64,000 nt of DNA from NCBI GenBank assembly GCA_041742135.1, contig JBGSJG010000004.1, forward strand, positions 299,773 to 363,772, read 5' to 3'. Origin of the DNA: Patescibacteria group bacterium (GTDB lineage Bacteria > Patescibacteriota > Microgenomatia > UBA8517). Positions 56,476 to 64,000 of this stretch are shown here, in pieces. The first letter of the stretch is position 1; each line of letters opens with the position of its first letter. The notes beneath the pieces are model-generated. The model was not told the origin of the DNA. It made no database searches and saw nothing but the letters and a program-made list of their open reading frames with translations. A program made the position numbers and the translations under genes.

Positions 56476-57182
56476 ACCCAACAATTGTACACGAGGACGC
56501 CAATCTTCTTGTAATCAATAAACCTGCAGGCTGGATAGTTAACGACACAAACACTGCACACGGCCAGCCAACAATCCAAGAGTGGTTGCGTCGCAATTTC
56601 CAATTTCCAATTTTTGAATTTAGGGAATACAGAAATGGAATAGTTCATAGGCTAGACAAAGAAACAAGCGGCGTGCTTTTGATCGCCAAAACACCTGAGT
56701 ATTTTGAAAAATTGCAAAATCTTTTTCGAGACCGTTTGGTTTCAAAAAAATATGTTGCCTTGGTTCATGGACTGCTAAAAGAACCTACGGGGACCATTGA
56801 GGTAGAAGTAGGCAGACTTCCTTGGAACAGGCAACGGTTCGGTGTGGTTCCTGGGGGAAGAAGCTCACTTACTCGATACGAGCTTGATGGCGTTTATCGG
56901 CAGGGAGAAAAAATTTATAGCCTTGTGAATTTCTTTCCAAAGACCGGGCGAACACACCAGATTCGTATCCATGCCAAGTACATAGGTAACGCGATTGTTG
57001 CAGATCCTTTTTACGCAGGTCGCAAGACCGCGCGAAAAGATCGGATTTGGTGTAATCGTATTTTTTTGCATGCCATGGAAATACGATTTGTTGACCCGGC
57101 CACTCAAAGTGAAGTAGTCTACTCGGCGCCTCTTGCGGATGATTTAAAATCCGCACTGTCAATCCTTGAAAAGGCCCAGTAA
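56448..57182 (+). CDS. RluA family pseudouridine synthase
   Basis: INKPAG, HRLDKETSG, TGRTHQIR.H, LHA. Confidence 0.95.
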   Translation: MREQTGEKINPTIVHEDANLLVINKPAGWIVNDTNTAHGQPTIQEWLRRNFQFPIFEFREYRNGIVHRLDKETSGVLLIAKTPEYFEKLQNLFRDRLVSKKYVALVHGLLKEPTGTIEVEVGRLPWNRQRFGVVPGGRSSLTRYELDGVYRQGEKIYSLVNFFPKTGRTHQIRIHAKYIGNAIVADPFYAGRKTARKDRIWCNRIFLHAMEIRFVDPATQSEVVYSAPLADDLKSALSILEKAQ

Positions 57183-57202
57183 TCTCGCTAAGCTAAAAAT
57201 AC

Positions 57203-58873
57203 ATGGATTTTGGGCAAATAGCGTTTCTTTTGGTCGTCGCAGCATTTGCTGGTGTGGCAGCAAAGCTTATTCGACAGCCGCTTATTATTGGATACTTAAT
57301 TAGTGGAGTTGTTGTGGGCTCGCTGGGACTTGTGGGAGACGCTCATGAGCTTGAAGCTTTAGGCAAAATCGGAGTCACGCTTTTGTTGTTTTTGGTCGGC
57401 CTTGAAATGAACCTTTCAGAGCTCCCTTCGGTAGGGAAGGTGGCAATTGTCGCGGGCTTGGGTCAGATTATTTTTACCTCAGTGTTTGGATTTTTAATTG
57501 CAACTGCTTTGGGGTACGGTGCCCTGACCGCCATTTATTTGGCGGTTGCGCTTACATTTTCCTCAACAATAATTATCATCAAACTTTTGTCTGAGAAAAA
57601 TGACCTAGGAAGTCTTTATGGTAAAGTTTCGATTGGATTTTTGCTTGTTCAGGACCTGGTGGCGATTTTGATTCTTATGTTTTTGTCCGCCCTTAAGACC
57701 GAAACATTTAGCTCCACCACATATTTATTTGTTGTTCTCAAAGCAGTAGCTTTGATTGTTGTTGTTTGGCTATTGGCTAAAAAAGTTTTCCCTATACTTT
57801 TTGGTCGCTTGGTTGATTATTCGACGGAACTTCTGTTTGTGGTTAGTATCGCTTGGGCTTTAGGGCTTTCTGCGTTGGTTGGGGGCCCACTTGGGTTCTC
57901 TCCCGAAATAGGCGGATTCTTGGCGGGGCTTTCTTTGTCTACTCTTCCAGATCATCTTCAAATCTCATCGCGAACACGGCCTCTTCGTGATTTTTTCTTG
58001 ACATTGTTTTTTGTGATTTTGGGAACCAATTTTGTAATTTCGGATGCCCATGAGATTGTGCTTCCGGCGATTATTTTTTCAACATTTGTTTTGATTGGGA
58101 ATCCACTTATTGTTATGGTTCTTCTGGGAATAATGGGGTATCGAAAGCGGACCAGCTTTTTAGCCTCAGTTACAGTGGCTCAAATTTCGGAATTTTCTTT
58201 GATTTTGATGGCGATGGGTGTTAGCCTTGCTCACGTAACCGATAGTGAGGTGGCGTTAGTTGTGGTGGTCGGCGTGATTACAATGACCGCCTCCACATAC
58301 TTAATTTTGCAGGCAGACAGAATATTCAAAGTTATCGCACCATTTTTGTCGATTTTCGAGCGCAAGAGCAGTCATGAAATTTCGGTGCACGCGCCTGTTA
58401 AAAAAACAGACCATGTTGTCTTGGTTGGAAGTCACAGAACCGGGACGCGACTATTGAGCACGCTTAAAAAAGGCGACAACAACTACGTGGTGGTAGATTT
58501 TAATCCTAATACCGCAAACCGCTTGTCGGCGGCAAAGATGCCCGTCATTTTCGGGGACATTACAGACAGTGACATTTTGGAGTCTGCAAACGTGGCTGAG
58601 GCCAAGCTTGTTGTTTCAACCACCTCAGACATGCACGACAACCTTGTTCTACTGGGCTACATTAAGAGTAAGAAATCCAAGGCAATAACAATTTTGAAAT
58701 CAGCAACAAAACTCGAAGCTATCAAGCTGTATGCAAATGGGGCTGATTATGTTTTGGTGCCCGAGGTCTTGGCCGGGGAGCATATTAGGCATGTTTTAAA
58801 AACTTACGGAGTATCTGCTAAGACAATTCACAAGCTTGGTGTGAGCCATCTTAAACGCCTGAAGAAATTGTAA
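57203..58873 (+). CDS. CPA2 cation:proton antiporter with TrkA-N domain (Kef-like)
   Basis: LLFLVGLE, SST, QDL, QISEF, C-terminal FGD. Confidence 0.92.
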   Translation: MDFGQIAFLLVVAAFAGVAAKLIRQPLIIGYLISGVVVGSLGLVGDAHELEALGKIGVTLLLFLVGLEMNLSELPSVGKVAIVAGLGQIIFTSVFGFLIATALGYGALTAIYLAVALTFSSTIIIIKLLSEKNDLGSLYGKVSIGFLLVQDLVAILILMFLSALKTETFSSTTYLFVVLKAVALIVVVWLLAKKVFPILFGRLVDYSTELLFVVSIAWALGLSALVGGPLGFSPEIGGFLAGLSLSTLPDHLQISSRTRPLRDFFLTLFFVILGTNFVISDAHEIVLPAIIFSTFVLIGNPLIVMVLLGIMGYRKRTSFLASVTVAQISEFSLILMAMGVSLAHVTDSEVALVVVVGVITMTASTYLILQADRIFKVIAPFLSIFERKSSHEISVHAPVKKTDHVVLVGSHRTGTRLLSTLKKGDNNYVVVDFNPNTANRLSAAKMPVIFGDITDSDILESANVAEAKLVVSTTSDMHDNLVLLGYIKSKKSKAITILKSATKLEAIKLYANGADYVLVPEVLAGEHIRHVLKTYGVSAKTIHKLGVSHLKRLKKL

Positions 58874-58884
58874 GTTTATTTCAA

Positions 58885-59757
58885 ATGCCTGCCCGACACC
58901 GCCCTAGAAAAAATCAAAACATACAACCAAAGAGCAAGCTTCGGCTGTTCTTGTTTTTTGGCGTACTTATAATTATGGTCTTGGGTCTTTTGGGAATAGT
59001 ATTTTTCGCGCCAAAATTGAACTATTTTACTGTCGCAGTTGCCACCGATCAAGGTGAAATAATAGTTCAGGTAGTAGATTTTAGTGAAGGCGAATTTATC
59101 GAGGTTATTGTCCCCAAGGACACCCAGCTTGAGCTTGGCATGGAAAGGGGGATTTTGCGAGGGGAGAGTGTCTGGCGGCTCATTGAGTCTGAAAAATTAC
59201 CCGGACAAATTATCTCAGATACAGTTATGCATTCTTTGCATTTTCCAATAGATTATTGGGCTCACGAAGGCGCGCTTGAAAATTTACTAAACCCAAATAC
59301 TAATTTGCCATTTTTAACCAAAGTCAGGCTCGCTCTTCTTTCAAAAGGTAAACGGCGAGAGCAAATTGACTTGGCCGAAACTTCCTATTTGCAATCTGGC
59401 CGTTTGTCAGATGGAGAAGAAGGCTTTGTGGTGGAACAAAATATGCCCGTCAAGCTACGAAGTATGTTTGCCGATAGCGATATTTTAGAAGAACAAACGG
59501 TGGTAAATGTAATCAACTCAACTGGTGAAGGGAATTACAGGCTTGATGACGTAATTGGCGTCTTGGAGGTTTTGGGAGCTAAGGTCGCGCCTGTTGTCCA
59601 AAGCGAAAAAGTCACCAGCGACTGTGTAGTTGGAGCAAAGAATCCAAATATAAGAAACAAGGTGGCACGGGTTTTTAATTGCGAGATAAGCGAAAGTGCT
59701 CCTAAGGCTTTTGATGTTGAATTGACTTTAGGAGAGAAGTTTCTAAAGAGGTTTTAG
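58885..59757 (+). CDS. Membrane-anchored protein, LCP/LytR-C-like
   Basis: Basic N-terminus, TM helix, V.V.NSTG...LG.KF C-terminal pattern. Confidence 0.55.
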   Translation: MPARHRPRKNQNIQPKSKLRLFLFFGVLIIMVLGLLGIVFFAPKLNYFTVAVATDQGEIIVQVVDFSEGEFIEVIVPKDTQLELGMERGILRGESVWRLIESEKLPGQIISDTVMHSLHFPIDYWAHEGALENLLNPNTNLPFLTKVRLALLSKGKRREQIDLAETSYLQSGRLSDGEEGFVVEQNMPVKLRSMFADSDILEEQTVVNVINSTGEGNYRLDDVIGVLEVLGAKVAPVVQSEKVTSDCVVGAKNPNIRNKVARVFNCEISESAPKAFDVELTLGEKFLKRF

Positions 59758-60369
59758 TTAACGCAGGGGAAAGGAAGCAATGTTTGAAAGTGCTTCAGAT
59801 TTTTTTGTTTCTTTAATGAAAAGCTTCACTTCACTTGTTGTAGCAGATTTTATAAAAGATTCATACTCATTTCCTTGTTTAATATAAAAAATCATCCTGC
59901 TGGCAAGATCATCCGGGAGTCGTCCTATGTAAACATCGCCAAGCGTGTGTACAGCAACTTTGTGAGTTTTGGGGGTCATTTGCACACATTCTCCTGAGTC
60001 TAGATGGGCGAGAATTGCTGAATCACACAAGTTAACCAGAGTAACAATCTTGGTAATACCAGGAATTTCTAGAAAATCTTCGGGTGATCGCGAGTTTGAT
60101 GAGGGAATTTTGCCGTTAGGTTGATAAGCGTGGCATTTGGCCAGGAACTTAATTGCAATTGGGTTTAGAGGATCGATGGCTAATACTTTTTTTGAAAAAT
60201 TAACTGCTTCAGAGATATTTCCTGTTTGCAGACATGCCTTGGCAGCACGATTTAAGGCGTCAATGTCTTCGGGGTTATCCGCAAGAATAGTAAGATTCGA
60301 ATCAAGCGCAAGAATCCAGTCGTTAGCTAATGCAGCTAAAATTGCACGCCGGGCAAGAGTGTCGTACAT
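59758..60369 (-). CDS. TPR-containing protein
   Basis: P.DIDALNR.A.A, .DP.NPIA; YIGRLPDD. Confidence 0.75.
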   Translation of the reverse strand: MYDTLARRAILAALANDWILALDSNLTILADNPEDIDALNRAAKACLQTGNISEAVNFSKKVLAIDPLNPIAIKFLAKCHAYQPNGKIPSSNSRSPEDFLEIPGITKIVTLVNLCDSAILAHLDSGECVQMTPKTHKVAVHTLGDVYIGRLPDDLASRMIFYIKQGNEYESFIKSATTSEVKLFIKETKKSEALSNIASFPLR

Positions 60370-60455
60370 TCATTATGAGTATAAAGACCGCTGGGAGCTT
60401 GTCAAGCCTTTCTTGGCGGCTCTCCACTTGATGGAGTATAATTGAGTTTAAATAT

Positions 60456-61169
60456 ATGAGTGGACATTCAAAGTGGGCGACGATCAAGCGTCAAAAAGCT
60501 GCAAATGATAATGCCCGAGGTCAGGTTTTTTCAAGACTGTCGCGCGCGATTACAATTGCCGTTAAAACAGGTGGCGGCCCAACTATCGAAAATAATTACA
60601 AACTGAAAATGGCAATCGAAGCGGCTCGTGCTGAGAATATGCCTAAAGACACTATTGACCGCGCCATCAACAAGGCTTCTGCGGTTGGCGAGATCGAGGA
60701 AGTGACTTATGAAGGTTTCGGCCCAGAGGGTGTTAACGTTATGGTAAGTGCAGCCACAGACAATAGAAACCGCACTGCTCAGGAAGTCAAAAGTACTTTT
60801 GAACATTCCGGTGGTAGGCTCGCAGGACCCGGAAGCGTCGCTTTTAATTTCGACTCAAAGGGTTTTGTTTTGGTAAGCAAAAAGGGTAGCACTGACGAGC
60901 AAATACTGTCACTTATTGATTTGGGTGCTGAAGAAGTCGAGGAAGCTCTGGACGGATTGGAAGTTTATCTTTCTGTAGATTCGTTGTCGAGTTTCAGGGA
61001 AGCGCTTGTTGCTGGTGGCTATGAGGTTATGAAATACGAGGTCGTTCAAAAACCTAAAAGCGAGATAACTTTAAGTGATCCCAAGCATGTAGACAAGTTG
61101 TACGAGCTTATTGATTCACTGGAGTCGCTAGAGGATGTGCAAAGAGTTTTCGATAACGCCAATATCTAG
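60456..61169 (+). CDS. yebC: YebC/PmpR family protein
   Basis: MSGHSKW..IK, YEG.GP.G, TDNRNRT, DVQ.V. Confidence 0.97.
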   Translation: MSGHSKWATIKRQKAANDNARGQVFSRLSRAITIAVKTGGGPTIENNYKLKMAIEAARAENMPKDTIDRAINKASAVGEIEEVTYEGFGPEGVNVMVSAATDNRNRTAQEVKSTFEHSGGRLAGPGSVAFNFDSKGFVLVSKKGSTDEQILSLIDLGAEEVEEALDGLEVYLSVDSLSSFREALVAGGYEVMKYEVVQKPKSEITLSDPKHVDKLYELIDSLESLEDVQRVFDNANI

Positions 61170-61175
61170 CATACG

Positions 61176-61946
61176 ATGTCACGTAGACATAAATTTGTCA
61201 TTACTTCTATACTTTTAGCCCTTGGATTTTTGGGTATAACATTTTTGGAAAACGAGGATCGTGTGAGTGGTATAGTCGTCTTGTCTTTTCTAAGCATAGT
61301 TTTTTTTGTGTGGACTCTGCGTGGTGCGTTAGGTAAAAATGCCACATTGTTGAGTTTAATTTTGCCACCACTTTTCACTTTTGGTGTCGGTTTGTTTTGG
61401 TTTTTGTTGCCATCTAGTTTTTACGCGCGGCTACCGATACTTTTGCTTTATGGAGTAGGGGTGTATGTTATTGCCACAACCGCAAACGTGTTTTGTGTAT
61501 CAATTCACAAGAAGATAGCGCTAGCGCGAGCCGCCAAGGGCGTATCGTTCGTCTTGACACTGTTTACAGCCTTTTTATTGTACGACGCAGTGCTTTCTTT
61601 GAGGATTGGCCCTCTACTGGCAACGCTGTTACTGTTTTCCACTTCCTTTCCATTGATGCTCCAAGGGTTATGGGTGAGCAAGATTACTCGAAACATTGAA
61701 AGAGAATTGTTTATATACAGTACAGTTTTTTCACTATTGATTGCAGAGGGAGGGCTACTGTTATATTTTTGGCCAGTAACGGTCGTTGTAGGTTCACTAT
61801 TTTTGACTGTAGGAGTTTACGTGTTATTAGGCCTGGGCCAGGCCAAACTTGAAGGTAGGCTTTTTAAGCAAACTGTCTCTGAGTATATGCTTATCGGCGT
61901 TGCCGTTTTTGTTGTAATGTTTTTGTTTACCAACTGGCACGGATAA
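61176..61946 (+). CDS. Polytopic membrane protein
   Basis: About 9 TM helices, I.L.RAA motif. Confidence 0.7.
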   Translation: MSRRHKFVITSILLALGFLGITFLENEDRVSGIVVLSFLSIVFFVWTLRGALGKNATLLSLILPPLFTFGVGLFWFLLPSSFYARLPILLLYGVGVYVIATTANVFCVSIHKKIALARAAKGVSFVLTLFTAFLLYDAVLSLRIGPLLATLLLFSTSFPLMLQGLWVSKITRNIERELFIYSTVFSLLIAEGGLLLYFWPVTVVVGSLFLTVGVYVLLGLGQAKLEGRLFKQTVSEYMLIGVAVFVVMFLFTNWHG

Positions 61947-62214
61947 TTTTTACCCACTCAGCCTCAAGCAGGGGAGGGGGAGTACGGCAACTTAATATTA
62001 TAGGACATTATTTTCACGATACTGCAAACAAGTTTTCACGAATGTTGATAATGTTTGATATAGATGCACAAATTTGGCTTTAGTATCTGGTAGCTCTTAG
62101 AGAAGTGCTGCTACTTACTGCGATATGCTCTACTTATTAATCCATGGCTCATTGTCTTTAGCTACTCCTATGCACCAAACGTTGTTTCGCAACAAGTCAG
62201 CTTTGAGATTTATG

Positions 62215-62242
62215 TTGTCGCACAATAATACTTTTACGACAT
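62215..62242. other. Candidate dif (chromosome dimer resolution) site
   Basis: 11-6-11 imperfect palindrome TTGTCGCACAA-TAATAC-TTTTACGACAT, ~480 bp upstream of the Xer gene. Confidence 0.6.
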
Positions 62243-62725
62243 ATATTAAATCGTCGTAGAGGAGGGTTTATGTTTACCACCATTAATAGATCTTTCGACC
62301 GATATATATGGTTCTATGAATAACATTAAACTAAGTCTCCCTTAAATTAGTGATGTGCGCATTTTTTTAGTTCCAAATTTATACCGAATATTTATAGATG
62401 TCTGATAAGACCGTATCTAAGGCTAAATAGGCACTTTTGCAAAAGGTATCCATAGTCATCTTTTGCTCCAGAGGGCCCTTAGAATTGATTTGGTGAAGGC
62501 CTCTTTACGACAAATTTACAACTCTTTAATTGCATTTTTTAATGATCGTTTTAGGATTTATATTTTTGCAATTTAGCTAAACAGCAGTGCAAGAGATGAA
62601 ACAAATACGTCTGAATAGTTTATTGTTTGAATATTTGGAATTTTAAATATATTTTCAAACCTAGCAAGAATTTCGACTATGTCGTACAATATTGACTTTT
62701 GTTTTCACTCGTGTAAACATAACTT

Positions 62726-63652
62726 ATGACACTCCCCGCCCTAGTGGATGATTTTCTTGCTTACCTCCGAGTAGAGAAGGGCTCCTCTCCCCTAACGACG
62801 CGTAACTATTTACATTATTTGTCTAGGTTCATTTCATGGCTAAAAGACAACAATATCGCGACCTCCGAAAGCTCTCTTACTCAAGAAAACATCCGAAAAT
62901 ACAGGCTATACTTAAGCTCACTTAGTGATGGCCGAGGGGGAGTTTTAAGCCAAAAGACTCAGGCCTACCATGTAATTGCGATCCGGTCCTTCCTTAAGTG
63001 GCTCATTAAAAATGACCACGACGTTTTGGCTCCAGACAAATTAGACCTTCCCAAAATTCGTGAAAGGCAAGTGAGCTTTCTTTCTGGGGACCAAGTGGAT
63101 CGCTTGCTGTCAGCGCCGAGTTTAAGCTCGATTGTGGGTAAACGAGATAAAGCAATACTGGAGCTTTTGTTTTCAACGGGGCTGCGTGTTTCGGAGCTTT
63201 GCAAGCTTGATCGCGACAAGCTTGATCTGGACAGGCGCGAGTTTGGGATTACCGGCAAAGGAGGGCGGGCGAGAGTAGTTTTTCTCTCTGCTCGAGCCGC
63301 TGAGTGGATTTCGTTGTATCTTGCGGCCCGAAAAGATCACTACACTGCGCTTTTTATCCGCCATAAAGGAAAAATTGATCCATCCGTTGAGGATGAGAAA
63401 ATGCGCCTCACTCCCCGATCGGTTCAAAGGCTTGTGAAAAAATATGCCCATAAAATGAAAATTCCAGTCGAGGTGACGCCACACGTCCTTAGACACAGTT
63501 TTGCTACAGATTTACTCGTAGCGGGGGCCGACCTTCGAAGTGTGCAGGAGATGCTTGGGCATAAGAATGTAGCTACTACCCAAATTTATACTCATGTTAC
63601 TAATAAAAGACTAAAAGAAGTTTATGAAAATTTCCACGGTAAAGGGAAGTAG
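62726..63652 (+). CDS. Xer-family tyrosine recombinase
   Basis: TGLRVSE, GKG, TPHVLRHSFAT, DLRSVQEMLGH, TTQIYTH. Confidence 0.95.
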   Translation: MTLPALVDDFLAYLRVEKGSSPLTTRNYLHYLSRFISWLKDNNIATSESSLTQENIRKYRLYLSSLSDGRGGVLSQKTQAYHVIAIRSFLKWLIKNDHDVLAPDKLDLPKIRERQVSFLSGDQVDRLLSAPSLSSIVGKRDKAILELLFSTGLRVSELCKLDRDKLDLDRREFGITGKGGRARVVFLSARAAEWISLYLAARKDHYTALFIRHKGKIDPSVEDEKMRLTPRSVQRLVKKYAHKMKIPVEVTPHVLRHSFATDLLVAGADLRSVQEMLGHKNVATTQIYTHVTNKRLKEVYENFHGKGK

Positions 63653-63656
63653 AAAA

Positions 63657-64000
63657 TTATTCTTCGTTTTTCTCAAGTGCTGTCACTGCCGCAACTGAGT
63701 CATCGGCTTTGGCAAAGCGCATTAGAATAACTCCTTGAGTTGCGCGAGCTAGCTCTGGAATGTTTCTTATAGGAAGCTTGATAATTTGGCCGTGTTTACT
63801 GGTAATAATCGCCTGATCCATTTTTTCGTTGACCAACACACCTACTGTAAGATCCCCAGTTTTGGGTGTGATGCTCGCGGCCTTTACTCCCTTACCTGCA
63901 CGCCTTTGAAGAGGGAAATTTTCGAGTGTTGTTCTTTTGCCAATACCTTTTTCAGAGATAATGAGTAAATCCGTAAATGGTTTTTTGCGCTTGTCCTCAG
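63657..64000 (-). CDS. gyrA: DNA gyrase subunit A, C-terminal end (partial, runs off the window)
   Basis: Beta-pinwheel blades SEKGIGKRT, QRRAGKGV, RATQGVILMR. Confidence 0.88.
   Translation of the reverse strand, partial: EDKRKKPFTDLLIISEKGIGKRTTLENFPLQRRAGKGVKAASITPKTGDLTVGVLVNEKMDQAIITSKHGQIIKLPIRNIPELARATQGVILMRFAKADDSVAAVTALEKNEE

Noticed and set aside
61947-62725. AT-rich gap as oriC, given the nearby gyrA
   Set aside because: No clear TTATCCACA DnaA-box cluster was seen; the dif-like palindrome explains it better.
62726-63652. Tyrosine recombinase as a prophage/island integrase
   Set aside because: It has Xer-type motifs, housekeeping neighbours and a nearby dif-like site; there are no flanking att repeats or cargo.

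Overview
Chromosomal segment of a small-genome bacterium. Compact gene packing, short orphan ORFs, a truncated RF1, a KMGRG-type EF-P and apparently leaderless genes suggest Patescibacteria/CPR (Microgenomates-like); this is an inference. Most of the window is housekeeping (dnaX-ybaB-recR, cysS, typA, ychF-rpsF-ssb-rpsR, prfA, rpmE, dnaB, tRNA-Leu(CAA), efp, yebC, xer, gyrA 3' end) plus small redox and house-cleaning enzymes. The standout is a ~5.1 kb AT-rich island (37861-42999) integrated into the 5' end of ychF and bounded by a 27/32-identical direct repeat. It carries a compact pyrimidine-modification-like operon: FAD-oxidoreductase fused (across a 1-nt frameshift) to an all-alpha dUTPase/dCTPase, a divergent ThyX, a dNMP kinase, a minimal Asp-type (cytosine-type) thymidylate-synthase homolog, a UDG-superfamily glycosylase and Nudix hydrolases. 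Its recombinase remnant spans the attachment site, so its C-terminus would be swapped on excision. Also notable: an A9 slippage candidate in dnaX, an IS200/IS605-like palindromic mini-element, an interrupted duplicate of the tRNA-Leu 5' end, and a dif-like site upstream of the single Xer gene.
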